A stretch of 62,822 nucleotides of DNA, counting the filler, from Choristocarpus tenellus KU-1152 (lineage: Eukaryota > Protista > Phaeophyceae), in NCBI GenBank assembly GCA_964200185.2. It is 13 parts of 13 records of this genome, joined end to end, with 100 filler letters (N's around TTAATTAATTAA, not from the genome) between each part and the next. Parts side by side here need not be neighbours in the genome. Positions count along the whole stretch, not along the records: positions 1 to 10,451 come from CAXNAD020002923.1; positions 10,552 to 16,069 come from CAXNAD020010544.1; 11 more parts are not named here. One strand, 5' to 3'. A model generated the notes under the pieces. The model was given only the letters and a program-made list of their open reading frames with translations. It ran no database searches and was not told where the DNA came from. Shown piece by piece: positions 1 to 13,767 of this stretch. The position numbers were made by a program, and so were the translations under genes. The stretch's first letter is position 1, and every line of letters starts with the position of its first letter.

Positions 1-84
1 TTTTGCCGCACCATTTCCGGTCAAACCCATCCTCACTAGTACGCTCCATCCTCAATTTTTAAAATCCCCTGTTATATCATAAGT

Positions 85-343
85 GAGCCAAATTATCTTA
101 GAGGGTAGATCCGCGTCCATTTGGGGGCCTCAATCCAGTGTTGCGATTTTGATATAGTTTTGGTTATCGTGTTTGTTAGGAAGTGTCAATATCCTTGTTA
201 CGGACACACCTTTTCATAACGTATACGTTTTTACCTACTCTAAATATTTTGGAGAAGGAAAATGCCAATAAAAAAAACATGGAAAGCCAAGCCCCAAATG
301 GACAAACAGGGCAAAACTCGTACACTCTAAGATACTTTCACTC
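85..343 (+). mobile_element. MITE family A (~260 bp), complete copy
   Basis: Terminal inverted repeats GAGYCAAAGTATCTTAGAGGGTA...TACCCTCTAAGATACTTTCACTC (slightly decayed here), inverted subterminal GTCCATTTGGGG motif, and internal CCTACTC/GAGTAGG hairpin. At least 17 copies or fragments occur in the window. Confidence 0.92.
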
Positions 344-3300
344 ACTGTAACAGAGGGTTATTGTCTGTCATATTTGTAAAGATATGAAATAACTGGTAAT
401 AGGGGTCAGTACCGAAGCCAACATTCTGCTCGACCAACCTTACTTGACATTTTTTGTTTACAAGTCTATCAATCCTTCGCAAATAGACGATTAATACATT
501 TTGGTGGATGTTTATATAAATAAATAATACAATGCTTGCTTGTGTCTTAACTCTCTTTATTCGCACGGTTGGATACATGTAGTGGTGAACATACTGCCAA
601 TCTTTGGGCACATTGGCACTTGTATATGCTAGAGGTGGCTGCTCATTACATCATGGAGACTTCAAAGGAGTCACAAGTGTTCATTGTTTATGAGCGACAT
701 AATCCCCTGATGTGAATGATGTCATGACAGTACGGTCACCTCGGATTGTTTTGAGAGTTGAGCCACCGACATTGTCCTTTTGTCCACTTGGAATATTGTT
801 GTCATGGGCATTATTTCCTATTGAGTCAGAATTTGAGGAAGTAGAAGTAGTGTCCACACACCATCTATTGGTGTCATCGTTGGTTGTGTATGTGTTGTAC
901 ACATGCTTTTTTTTTTCAGATATCGGAATGTTGATCAAAATCATCGTACAGCACTTGTTATGCATCGTCAGATACAAATGTACTGAAGGCAACAGAAATT
1001 GTTGACATCTTGGAATAGTTTACTCCTCGTCTCCTCTTTCTTGAGTATTCTCTGTTTGTACAAGATACGACAAGAGACCTACATGCTGGCCCCATGTATC
1101 TCTCGGCTTATCATCAAGCTGGCCTCATTGCTGGTCCCATGCCCTCAGACCTTGACCATGAGCGGACCAAATTCCGTCAAAGTCACTCATATTCAGACTG
1201 ACTGATATGCTGATCCCATACAATCAGACCTCTTAAAGTTTGATTGGTATGCTGATAACATACTATCAACCTTTGCCTAATGGTACACTGATCAGATATT
1301 CCTTAATGCCACGTTCACATTCTACACATAATTTTGTATTATTGAAGTCGTGTAATTTAATAGTGCAATAGAATGCCAACAGTCACACCAATTTCCCACT
1401 TTGCTCCTAGAGTACACCTTTTGGTTGGTCTCGAACCATGTTTACATGGCTTCGAGGCCTATCAGAAGGGGGAGTGATGTAGAAAGTAGGGTTGTGTATT
1501 ATCATACCATCATTTATTGTTGCTGTATGCCATATACCGTCATCAAACCATTGAGGTTATTGTCAAGATCTTGGATGCCAGTGGAGGTTGTTCTTTGAGA
1601 CTGAGTCCATGGAATCTCTGGAATTGACCAGTCCCACAGGTGGTAGACTTCTCTTCATTCAGAAACAACAAGAATCAAGGATTCCCTTTTGACGTAAGGT
1701 CCTTCCACTCTGATGATCCATACTCTCATGAGATCCTCTCCACTCTGCACTGTTGCACTTGTCCAACCTTAATCTCGTGCTCTTGGTTACAGTTTGTCTC
1801 GGTTTGTCTGGTCCATCTTGATCGGTGGTTCTCTTCAATGCCCTTGCCTGAGTGAATCACACAACCACAGGATCACTTGATTCTCACAAGAATGGATACA
1901 TTATTCATAGCACAGAATATAAAGTTGGTGTTGTGTTGTTGAGATGGACAAAGGGATATTTTATGAAATAATTTGAGTTTTTGAGCGTGAGAATTCACCA
2001 TTATAGATAAGGCAACCAGGTGATTATGTGACAAGAAAAGAAGAAAAATACAGTGTGTAGATTGGGGGTTAATGATCGGACAGCCTGGAAGTAGATTTGG
2101 CAATCGGGAAGTGAATAAGAGATGGGTGATAGTGGGGGAGAGGAGAAGTAAGGACGATTAGGCAGAGACAAAGTTCGGAATCAAAGATTTGGCGAAGATG
2201 GATAAAGGGAGCAGGATCGAGGCAACCTTTGAGCAATCTTTCCCACCCACCCAACATTTTGATTGGACACGACTGAGTGGGATGTTGGGGGGGGGGGGGT
2301 CAAGCTCGGGCAGGGTAGATATTTTCTAGTTCGAAGGCACAATATGGGGGTGGATGAAGGTTGAATGGTTTGGATGATCGTGAGGTGTTCGTGGATGCAT
2401 ATGGAGTGTTATGGAGGAATTAATATGGAGTGTCAAGGATGGAGGTGGAGTGTTTTGGGAGGATTTGCGTGGTATTGGATTCGTTGATACTGGCCGTATT
2501 GGTTTGTGAGTGGATACCTTGGTATGAGAATGGATACACGGATATTGGGCGAATTGGTTTGTCCGTGGAAACGTGGAAATTGTCCAGATCGCCTTTGTGA
2601 CTGGGTACTAGTGGCAGAAATTGGCCGCGCTGGATTGTGAGTGGATACCATAACCAGAAATTGGTCGTGTTCGTTGGTGGTTGGAGTTGAGTTGATGTAA
2701 GGATAAGAGGATGCTAAGATTTTCTTACTCCAGATTTCGTGAGAGAAGTAGAAGTATACATATTCCTAGTGACGGTTTAGATTTGGTAAGAACCCCTCCT
2801 AGTCGAGAAAATACCCACCCAAACGGATCTTAGAACCGTTCCCTGAAAAATATCTCCACTATTCTGGCCCTTAAGGCTCCCTTTATTCTTCCCTCCTTCA
2901 GTTCGTTGGACTCAACATCAATTACAAAAGGACCTCACAACATAATATAACTGTTTGTGAAGCAAGATATGACGTATGCAAATTGATGATATATCCGCAA
3001 ATTCCAAGATACGTTTAGAGGTCGCCCAAGGTGTGGAAACCCTCCTGCTTGTTTGTAAAACATGTTTTTCGATCTATTGAATTTACAAGTTTTTGAATTT
3101 ATGTTCTATTCTTGTCATGTGCGCGCGTACATTATGTGCATGATGAGAATCCCCTCTGCTCGCGCTTCTGGACTTACATACACGCAAAATAACAAAATTA
3201 TGTATGCTATGTGTACTACTTAGGTATGGCAGGTGATCTCACGTAGTTAAACATCTGCTCAAAAATGAGGAGTGTGGGTAGGAAGTTTGACCTTGTGTGT

Positions 3301-3791
3301 AAGAACCAAAATATTTCGTATATATATATATACTCCACACACAGTATATCATGAGAGGACAAAACAAGTGACAGTTCATCACTCCTTCAAATTACCAGCT
3401 ATTATCAATAGAGGGGTCGTTGTGATATTGGATCTGTACTATCTCTCCGGACATATCTCCCATGGCTTCGGGCATTATAGTGGTACCAGTAGCTTCGCCC
3501 TCTCCGGTTGTCCTGTCATAACTTTTGATGTAGACACCGATTTAAAACATAAAAGCATATTCGTGATGCCCGTCACAATGCCCTCCAGAGTACGGGCTTC
3601 GTTTTATTTCGCCATTTTTTTCCTTTTTTTTTAAAGAAAGAGCGGTCGTATTGGGGTTCGAACCCTGGATTGTAGGTCACCTAGAGTGGTAACAGATATA
3701 CTATTACTTGATTGAAGTATAGTGTTTAGACAGGAAAAAATCCTCCCTACCTTGTCTTCCTGACTGTTCGCGCACCCATTCTTTGACCTCG

Positions 3792-4052
3792 GAGTGAAAT
3801 ATATCTTAGAGGGTATGAGTTTTGCCCTGTTTGTCCATTTGGGACTTGGCTTCCCATGGGTTGTTTTATGACATTTTCCCGCCCCAAAATGTTTAGGAGT
3901 AGGTAAAGTGTATATGTTGTGAAAAGGTGTGTCCGGAACATGGATGCTGACACTCCCTAACAAATACGATAGCTTCAATTACATCAAAATCACAGCATTC
4001 GATTTTGACCCCCAAATGGACGCGGCTCTACCCTCTAAGATACTTTTGACTC
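3792..4052 (-). mobile_element. MITE family A copy
   Basis: Reverse complement of 85..343; both TIRs present. Confidence 0.92.
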
Positions 4053-4483
4053 CATCACCAGCAAGGAATGACAGCAGCAGCCACCAAGTAGACCTTTCGG
4101 CCCCACCCTGCATTGCACTATCAAGACTACTGTAGTGTGAGTAAACTTGTATACAAACAATTGCATAGTACACACAAATCACTGTTGTACTACATTCTAG
4201 TAGCAGATATGCTGTAAAAAAGGAAGGATTGTACAAGTTGAGTCCAAAATTTTCAATTACCGTACGTATGGCAATTTTGCGTTGTTGTGTGATGACATCA
4301 GTCTGGAGGGAGTACTAGGGAACCACAGGGCAACCAACATGTGCAATGCTACTGACAACGGAATGAGTCAATCTCATGATGAAGAGAAGAAGAGCAAGGG
4401 GATGGGGTTGGAAGAGGGAGATTGCAAATTTTCGATTGAGAATATTGCATTGAGCATCAACCATACATGCTGTGTGAATAAAT

Positions 4484-7400
4484 CTACAACCTACTAAGAA
4501 TGCTGTACCCTCTTAATATACGGTAGAGTGGAGAGACAGAATCCACAATACTGCTATAACCAACTTCACCCCTTCGAGCCAAACCGACTTCCCCAAGATG
4601 AATAGAAGATGAAGTGGAAAACAAGGTATCAGCACCTGGCTTGCAGGTACTTCTACTAGAGTGGAGAATTGAAGGTGGGTAGGGGGGTGACATCTCCTGG
4701 AAAGAGGTACTGCTCAGCCTCCGGAGTGCTTCAAGCACTGTAAGTATGTTGTGCAGGTACACAAGAAAATATATGAAAATATAGAAAGTCCAGACAAACC
4801 TTCATGAGAAGACGAATGATGAAGAGAGTCCCGTATGCCAATCCCAGCAGGTCAAGAGCGAAGATGTGCAGCAGGAGGATGCCCATCCTCAACTGTAGCA
4901 TCTGCAGAGGAGAGCAGTGACATCAAGGTGTTGAGCTTGGCGGAGGTACAAGCTGGGACGTGTTCCCCTCTCTATGATATCAATACATGCTGGCAGTGGC
5001 AACCCTTGCTGCCTCTGAAGAACAAGGAGCCGTCATTGATTCATCATTCACCTGCATGGAGGCCTGTATATCTTCCAGTGCAGCCGAGACCTCACGAGGA
5101 CGCGAGAAGGGACTGGTGATGAGGTGCTTCCAAGAGCCAGAATCCCTGCCTTGGATCTGTGTATGCCCTCCACCATAACCTCTTCCCTTGAATACCTGAT
5201 ATGGGGTTGAGAGTAGCAGAGCAACAAGAATGATACAGATGCAAGGTAAACTTTACCCCATCTCATCGTCATGGCTATGTAGTGCCATGCCGGCAGGCAC
5301 AAGGACAGGAGAACAACTTCTGTGTGTGGGCATTTACTCCTCTATAGGAACGGTTGACCAATTATCTATGTTGCTACTGTGTCTTGCAAAAATGAATTAT
5401 TCTTGAGTACAGTTGGTGCATGAAGCAATTGTCTCAACACCTTCCTAGTCCCACTCCTCTTCCTCAAAAATGTACTGCCTGGGTGGTTGGAAGGTATTGG
5501 CAGGAAGCATTACAGTGCTGATGTCATCACTCACAACTAGAAAGTACTCTTGAGAATTGATTGTGTAAATATGAGGAAATATCCAGGGGGGTAAGCCATT
5601 GTCAGGGGCAAAAGAACAACAATTGAGTATCTACACAATTTTGGAGAAGGGGAGAGGATGATGTAGACAGGATATAAATGCCATCAAGAATCAGAAAGAT
5701 GTCATGAAGAAATCCGTATCACATAGTTGCTCTGAGTGGGAAGAAGAAGATTGTTGACTAGCAGTGTAGCATCTACATTCCATATTCAAGTAGAGTGCTG
5801 AATGCTTCCAATAGTTGATGACATATTTATCTCAATTTAGCTAACTTCAACAAGCACAGCGTCAATGGACAACAGTACTGCTGCATTGTAAGCTACGTCA
5901 AGTCTCCATTATTCAATGAGTATATGTGCCATGAAGGATGGCTGTACTCACTGGCATGGCGGTGTGGGGAAGGCACGTTAGTGACTCAGGTGTAAAAATC
6001 ATATGGAATGAGACACACCTTTGGCAGGAACTCAATCAATTGTACCCCTCTTGTTCCTGTAGCAAATATTTCCACTGTGGTGAGGGCAGCAATCACAAGA
6101 AAAACCCCAAGTCTCTGCAGGATTGTGCCTGCATGAGGTCCTTCCCTCTTGAGTGTTGCAGGATTGAGGGGAGCTTCCCTCTCACCACCCATGGCGACAA
6201 CCCTTGGACCAGCGATGTCGTTGACCTTGTCATGTCTATTGACATGTCTGGGTGGAGGGGAGAGCACAGGAATGCTGTCGGTGCTTTGGCCAACAACCAG
6301 GGGCGGGGTAGTGGAGGTCTCCCCACCCCCTTCACCTCCTCCCATCGTAGGTGTTGTTGAGAGAGGTTCAGGCACCTTCTTCTGGAATTTACTCTTGACT
6401 TGTATTGCAACAGCCTGGAGACCAGGAATTCTGGTCAGGGCATGAAGGAGAGGGTCGCACGGACGTTTGTTGTTGGCTGGTGGTGGATGTACTCAAATAA
6501 ACACAAATATGTCTTTTCCTGGAAGCATGCTATTACTAACTGTTGTAGTCTGAGGAACTTGAGTATAGCTTCTTGCTGTAACACCCACGGTAAAGTGAGG
6601 TCCAGTCTTGGACATGCAACCTGACATCTAAAAGGTTCTACCGCATGAATGCAGTTCCCTTGTTGAAAACATTACCAAGACTGACAAGTGGCACTAGCAT
6701 GACAATAGCCTTGTCAGAGGACAATCCTTAGATGGAAGAGAAGGAACTATCGCATCGCTTTCTGATGAGAAGCATTGGTGTGCACAAGGAGGGTGTTGGC
6801 CAAGGACTCTCACCTCATCCTGAAGCGGAGGACGGTGGCCTGGCATTTCTCCCCGTCCTCAATGGTGTCTGGCGGCCCCTCAACAATGAGGGCGCTAGAG
6901 CTGCTATTCCTCTCCACGAAGAAGAAGACATTGCCCGATGATCTCTTGACTGTTCCTGGCGCACGAATCATGATGTTGTTGAAGCGCCCGCTCGGCCACA
7001 GCTCATCACCGCACATGGTCGACAGGCCGTAAGCTCTCCATTCCCTTGTTTTCGGGAGGGAACATTCTTTTTCAATGTCAACACAAAGACAGAGCTTGGG
7101 ATCTTCCCATTCTCGACAAGGAGAGATGAATTCCACACGAACAGCACATTACATGCACTGCACGCTTAGGGTTAGGCTAGATGTATCATGAAGTACTCTC
7201 GATGCGAAAGGAATGGAAGAGTACTTCAACAAGGCATTGTCAATCGGTGCAGATTGAAATAGGGGCGCGAGATGTGCTGGAAACTGGGGTCTCCCGGAGA
7301 TCGATTGACTGCGAACATGGAGACACAAATGCTCTCGCGAAGCACTGTACCCCAGGAAAAATCCCACCTCATGGCGAGTTCACCCTCGTCCTCATTCCCA

Positions 7401-7561
7401 GAGGGGTCGATGGACAGCTGTTGAGGTCCCCCAACGACCTCTGCCCTATCTCCACCATGGACACTCCTTCGGTCGGCTTTGTTGGACATGCGGTGGCGAC
7501 GTACGCCAAGTGGAGCCCCCACTCCTTCGAAGGTAAGTCCGTCTTCCCCTGATGCAGACAT
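4484..7561 (-). CDS. Multi-exon hypothetical protein with a probable transmembrane segment; exon structure only partly resolved
   Basis: Series of minus-strand open segments (7226-7561 MSASGEDG..., 6810-7030, ~6020-6430 ...LQRLGVFLVIAALTTVEIFATG..., 4484-4757) with plausible GT/AG boundaries. No recognisable domain. Confidence 0.5.
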
Positions 7562-8158
7562 TACAATATTTTGGTTTCGAAAAGGATAATAACATCTTCT
7601 TTTGTGGACAATTGAAAAGGACACAGAACTGGTGAGACGATTACGTACGAGAGACGGATTATTTTGTCTTTCCCTCTTAGGAGATTCGTGTACCCGACCT
7701 TCCAGAAGGTCGCCTTCACGAAGCAGGACCAACAGGCCTGTAATCGGAAGGTATTATTTAATACACAATCAGGCAACAATGTAACATCAATTTGCTTGCG
7801 GTATGGTATTGGAAGGCCAGATGCTTGAAACAGTTGTATGAACTTATCTTACACACCCATATCATTTGGAGAAGTATTTTATTCTTCGGAGTATAATGCT
7901 CTGTGGAACCAAGGTGGCGAGAGAGTAAATAGGATGGACGGTGTCACGACAAGTACGACTGGCGGGCAGGAGAATAAGCTGCCTTGCAAAAAATAATTCA
8001 CTTGGAGCTCTGGGTGCGCTTCTGCCCTATTTGAGAGGCAGAAGAGGAAGGTACTGGCGGGACTGTTTATTCGATATCAGAGGCATTCATTTTTTTCGCC
8101 GTTTCAAATCGTTTCAAAAATGATTTTAAGTCCAGTCTTGCCGCACTTAACATGAGGT

Positions 8159-10226
8159 ATGGTTGCACTTTGGAAGAAACTACGATCCCAAGAGGTGCTG
8201 GAGGCTGGCATTGGAGGGGCAGTGCTATGTGTCGTCGGAGACAGGTGCAACTGCATTACAAAGATGCCAAGAGTAAAGTATGTCACCTCGAATAATTGTG
8301 GGATCCACCAAAGTCGTGCTTGTCCTGTAAACATGTCCCTGTCCTTACTCCGTTTGTGGCAGAGTGCTCTTGGTCGGTGGGTTGATGCACTCTTTCCCAC
8401 AAATAGTAATCGTAACCTATCAATGGCGTGGAGATGGTGGAGTGATAGTCGACCTCACTCAAAGCGGGGATATACCGCGAGGGCGAATCGGTCACTCCGC
8501 CGTGGTATCTCCTCAGGGAAAGGTCATTGTTTTCGGCGGAATCTCGACTGGAGAGTACTCCATTCTCGAAGGTATTTACGAAGGCGAGCTTCAAAATGTT
8601 TCAAGACTTGCATGGCGTCTCATCCCTGAAACTATATGCCTCGAAGGAGAGCTGGAAGGCAATGCCATTATGTCCCCCAGACCAAGGGCATTCCATGGCT
8701 CGTGTGGCGCACTTGTCAATGGGAAGTGGGTCCTACTGATTCACGGTGGGGTGGGTAGCGATAATGTCGTCCTGGAAGATCTGTGGTGCTTTGATCCAAC
8801 CCCAGATGGGCAGTGGGAAGTTCTTAAACCGCAGGGGCAGGGGTAAGTTGCCCCAACCTTCTCCTATGTGTAACATACATCTATCCTTCTGTCCTGGCAC
8901 CCTTTCTCGGCTAATCCATCTCGAACTTCCTGCAATTTCATTCCCTCTCTTGTGTCTGGACACTATACTTTGCTACAAATCAGACCTGGGCCTATATCGT
9001 TTCATTCTGCAACGTCCCTTCGTGGTGGAAACACTGTTGCCATCTTGGGGGGTGGTGCCATTGAAGGCAATGTGTACATCCTTGACTTGGAAGAGCTGAC
9101 CTGGTCTTCGATGGTCATTGACGGACTTGAGGCGTCCCATCTTCACACTTCTATTTCGGTTGAAGGATTACATGCAGAGTTAATGTGAGTGGAGAGAAAG
9201 TAGAGGACAGCATAAGGAGGTTAATCTCTGTAGTTGATATGACTTCCTCTCAATACTACCGACCAAACACCTGTGAACTTAGAGCAGAATAAATATTGCA
9301 TGTTTGTCCAATGTCTCAGAGGTGTAATGGATTAAATTACATGTTGCTTCAAATTGTGAACTGCACAGAGGGGAAGCCCATTGCCTGGAATAGCGGTCAT
9401 AACTACTACACTAACCGTGAGCTCAATGTGAGTTGGCTTTCATTGTTCATCCTAATGTGCTCCATGACAACAGGGATACCACCAATCTAGATCCCAAGGA
9501 GGGGGGTGAAAATACAAAACTGCTCTGGGGATCCATCCCAATAGATGAGAAAGGGGAAGGAGCACCCGGAAAAAGTGGGGAACACGGAGAAGGTCAGGAT
9601 GGCGAAGAAGACAATTCGGAAAGATTTACCGAGTCCATCTTGATCTTTGGAGGGGTTGGTGGGGGCACTGCGAAGCAGGTGAGATTCAGTATGGTGTGGT
9701 AGATTGTCACCATCTCTCAACATGTCCCACCTTTGCAACATCAAGCTTCATGTTGTTCACATTTCGATGAATTGGCTATAACCAGATTGAAAGCAAGTGC
9801 ATTGTTGCATTCATGCACATGGTCAAGATTGCAACTGAACCCTCTGCAGGATGCCGTATTGCTCTGTGCAAGTGGGAAGGCAATCCCTTTGGCTTATGGG
9901 GCAGGTTCACAATCACCTGAAGCTCGATACAATCACGCTATGGCAGTGGTAGGGAATGGACGGGCTGTGCTCATTGGTGGCTGTAGGGGAGATGGAGCAA
10001 GGTTGGGAGATATCTTTGAGCTCGACTTGACTGCATCAGCTCCCTCTATACCAGTGCCTGGAGAGGGGGAAATTGATGAGGTTCCTGAGGTCAGTCTGAT
10101 GTCTCTTCATTGCGTGCTCGCTGTTTCATCGATCAGAAGTTTTTGCCTCAATTTTACCTGCCCCCTTCAAAGGTGAAACCAAAGCTATGGAACAGTCACA
10201 GCAGCAAGTATGCCAACAGGAATTAG
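8159..10226 (+). CDS. Kelch-repeat (beta-propeller) protein; exons 8159-8244, 8363-8842, 8984-~9170, ~9440-9678, 9851-10089, 10173-10226
   Basis: Kelch motifs PRGRIGHSAVV..VIVFGG, PRPRAFHGS..LLIHGG..LEDLWCFD, SFHSA..ILGGG and PEARYNHAMAVV..VLIGG. GT-AG introns are phase-compatible except the unresolved exon 3/4 junction. Confidence 0.85.
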
Positions 10227-10451
10227 CTATTATGATGCTAGTACTCCGTTAGAAGAAATTTGAGAAAAGTGGAAAGGGTCATGTCATGCACCTCTTTAAC
10301 CAGAAAATGTCAAATGTTGACAAAATTGACAAGAAGAGATAGGTTTCCAAGCAAGAAGCATACCTGAGAATATGTTCATATTGTCAGCCATATATCACGG
10401 TGTGAGAAGAGTGACATAGTATCTGGGGGAGGGGGGGGGGTCTACAGAAGG

Positions 10452-10551
10452 NNNNNNNNNNNNNNNNNNNNNNNNNNNNNNNNNNNNNNNNNNNNTTAAT
10501 TAATTAANNNNNNNNNNNNNNNNNNNNNNNNNNNNNNNNNNNNNNNNNNNN
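10452..10551. other. Artificial contig spacer (N44-TTAATTAATTAA-N44). Identical spacers start at 16070, 18920, 26329, 34006, 36711, 40912, 45443, 50501, 53979, 57038 and 59704
   Basis: Identical 100-bp N blocks with a six-frame stop linker. Neighbouring contigs need not be adjacent in the genome. Confidence 0.98.
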
Positions 10552-10736
10552 CCAGGCAGATATAGGGAGCTACAAGGAATCCTAAGTGTTGAGGTGGATA
10601 CTGAGTATTCCCTCCAGTTTGAAGAGAGGCGGTAGGACCTCCATGTTACACAAGACATATCGCCTGTAACACCAATACGTCGATGCAACACTTATGTGTT
10701 GTCAATGCGCAACGAACGATAATACATTATGATACC

Positions 10737-11108
10737 TATGCCCCTCTGACGTTTCGCAAATGTGTCAGGGGGGGGGGGGAACCAAGACAGAAGTATATTT
10801 CGAGGAATACTCCGGTAGATACAACAGTTAATTGTCAATACTAAGACATCTCCCTAAAATATATAGCACACCAAGAGAGGGAAAGCTCCTCATTAGCCCT
10901 AGCACGCCACTGGAGCCATCTTCCAAAGATGTATACCTTCAAAAAACCTAACCTTGAAGGTAACCTATATTGGAAGATGACTCTCACATACACGCACATA
11001 TATATTGAGCTGTTATATCGATATACAGTAGTAGTAGTCCTTGTCATGTAGTTTTGGTCGTGGTGTTCCCCCCCCCCGTGACACGTTTGCAAAATTCCAG
11101 AGGGCATA
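10737..11108. mobile_element. MITE family C (TIR TATGCCCTCTGACATTTTGCAGATGTGTCAGGGG, probable TA target). A second copy lies at 11134-~11514, with TIR fragments near 24155, 25235 and 25505
   Basis: ~33-bp imperfect inverted repeats at 10737 and 11075-11108. The same TIR starts again at 11134. Confidence 0.7.
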
Positions 11109-11574
11109 ATAATACACATACACATTTTGTTATTATGCCCTCTGACATTTTGCAGATGTGTCAGGGGAAAAATACACGTTCCAATGTCGGCGGAACGATA
11201 TGACTGTGGATGCAATCAATGACATTTCGGAAGGTGGTGCCATTACATTGACGACGATAACTCTTGTATTTATAGTGGTTCTTGTGGATTTTTGTTTTTG
11301 TTTTTCTGCCACACGTTGAAAAGGACAAATAATATATGTCACCCTGAGGTGCAGGAATAGGTTTGAGACACAGGAAGGCAGTAGTACAACATAGATATGT
11401 AATATAAAAATAGGAAATAGTTCACTTTTTTGTGACAACTGTTACTTCTTGAGGATTTTTTCAGACATGTAAATAGTTTTCATTAGTTTTTCCCCTGGCA
11501 CATCTGCAAAATGCATTTTTTCCAAAGTCACAATCAGTCAACACATCAGGCTGTTCAGAAATTATTCTTCATAG

Positions 11575-12089
11575 TATGGGGAGAAGGAGAAGATGGAGTC
11601 CCCAGTCAGCTCCAGTGTACAATGTGATCGAATACTTCAGTTGACCCAAAGTATCTAGGGGGGGAAGGAGTCTACACCAGAGTGTCCCATTTGGACCAAT
11701 ACCAGGAAAAGTGTACTTTCATTATCCATCCGATGTATCGAACCAAATCACCCAAAATCGCAACATGGAAAAATTGGTCCCAAATGGACAGTCGCCACCC
11801 CTCCCAGATACTCTGAGCCAGTTTGGAGACTGGAGAGACTCTTGGCTTGGATCTGGGAGACTACGATGTCTCTGCACATGTCCTAAAGGCCCTTCAGGCA
11901 GTACCAATGATGTATGCTACCCTGTCCGTGAAGGAAGACCTGAAAGACAGGAAGGAGGAGCGGCCCATAGAGTTGACGAAAGCTTACGTAATTACGGTGG
12001 CCAAGGGTTGGCTTCGTGCAGTGACAGAAAAAAAAGATTTGCCAGTGCACCCTGCGTTAGCAGTAGACTACCTTCATGAAGGCCTGTAG
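11575..12089 (+). pseudogene. Degenerate ORF, possibly retrotransposon gag-like, interrupted by MITE B
   Basis: Coding-like sequence on both sides of the MITE (…LETGETLGLDLGDYDVSAHVLKALQAVPMMYATL…). Weak resemblance to gag. Confidence 0.25.
11643..11819 (+). mobile_element. MITE family B (~180 bp), complete copy with 4-bp TSD AGTT
   Basis: TIR GACCCAAAGTATCT(G)n...(C)nAGATACTYTGAGCC flanked by AGTT on both sides. Partial copies or ends occur at 10419, 12500, 16195-16340, 26429, 34106-34229, 36673, 50601 and 54079. Confidence 0.9.
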
Positions 12090-13508
12090 GCGGTGAGTTC
12101 ATCTGAGTGTATGACCTGATGATATTCCTAAAGTTACTTGGGAGGTATGGGATTGTGACCGCATGCATTGTGCATTTCAGAGGAGGTATGTTCGATGAAA
12201 TATTTTATCATAGTCCATCATGCCAACACCCTTCCTCACAATTGTCTTGACAACAGCGGTGAAGAAGGCTGCAAAGCCAAAACCGTTTGCTGACCAGGTC
12301 GGCTTCATCTGCAGTCACTGGGAAATGATTCGAAGGTAGATAACCAATGTGTACGTTCCCATATAGTGCAGCGAGTGGTGGTTGTCTCCTCCTGTTCATA
12401 TGTTGTTGGAGATATGTTATAGTCGAGGACTGCCAAACGAAAGGGTAAGACTTGCTTCTAGATAGAACGGGTGCGTCTCAGTCATGGCATGTTTCTTGCG
12501 AATCACTCAAAAATCACGACATGAAAAAAATGACCCCAAATGGACAACCGCCACCCCCTCCCAGATACTTTGAGCGAGATGCCCGATAACTGGGTGTCTG
12601 TAGAGCTGTTCACCTTTCTCCTAAATGTCCCCATGAGTGATGACCCTTCCTCGAACTTCAACGTTCTAATATCGTATACCCACCTCCTGGTAAGGGGGGG
12701 GAGAGGAAGACAAGGACTCTGAAGCATATAGTGTTGATGAGGATTGTAGCACACCTTTTATCAGCAGCAGAAACGCAGTGTGCAGACTCAATCCCAGGGC
12801 CGTGGGTAGGCCTAGCCAGAGAATCTCAGAGCCGAAGAAGCTGAACTGAAACGAGGAACCAATGGTGGGATTAGTGTTAGTGGTGCAAGTGACAATATCA
12901 AGTCTGCCATTGGAAAATCGATAACAAAATGCATTGAGGAGACTGTTTCTCTTAGACAGGAGTTGCAGAAACTCTGATAAATGGGGGTACGCTCAAGTAG
13001 AATAATGGACTGCAGGGAGGATATTCAACTGCTGGTTGAAATGGGTTATAAGGATGAATCTCAGGAGAAGAAGCAGGTACCGTTGAAGTTGCTTACAACT
13101 CTTCTATCTGACCGCCCCCTCACTGCTGCTGCAGTGAGTACACGGTTAGTATAGTCGTCCCTTGCAGTGACTGGTCAGTCCATGCATTCTGACCAGCCCC
13201 CCACTGTCAGTAACACAGTCACATCACGGTCTGTGCAGCAGCCCCTTGCAGTGCCTCCACATTCTTTGCAGTTGATGCAGAAGCTCTTCACACATTCTAG
13301 GTCCCCAGAAGACAGTGAGGGTGACTCTATAGGCACCCGGGGTGGCACTACAGATGTGAGAAACAGTATCTGAATAATGTCTTAGGGGCTGGGGCTGGGC
13401 GGATGGGGTTCAGAAAGGGAGGAGGAGGGAGGGTAGCTGTTAATGTGGTGTAACACTACAGCATTTCAAAAAAATGAATACACAGACATTAAATTAATTT
13501 GGGCTGAA

Positions 13509-13767
13509 GAGTCAAAGTATCTTAGAGGGTAGAGCCGCGTCCATTTGGGGCCCAAAATCCATTGTTGCAATTTTGATATCATTTTGGCTATCGTGTTTGT
13601 TAGGAAGTGTCAATATCCATGTTCCGGACACACCTTCTCATTACATATACATTTTACCTGCTCCTAAATATTTTCGAGTAGGAAAATGTCATAAAAAACC
13701 CCGTGGGAAGCCAAGTCCCAAATGGACGAACAGGGCAAAACTCGTACCCTCTAAGATACTTTCATTC
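13509..13767 (+). mobile_element. MITE family A copy, TSD TGAA
   Basis: TGAA|GAGTCAAAG...CTTTCATTC|TGAA. Confidence 0.95.

Noticed and set aside
1380-2700. Possible retroelement remnant with strong strand bias
   Set aside because: No diagnostic motif recognisable.
3631-3978. Recurrent ORF family (…LPTPKHFG…GKPSPKWTNRAKL…) at 3631, 13573, 14295, 28444 and 32372
   Set aside because: Incidental translations of MITE A. Frames and stops are not conserved.
10496-10507. Recurrent TTAATTAATTAA palindrome between N runs
   Set aside because: Artificial linker used to concatenate contigs. ORFs ending in X..LIN are artefacts.
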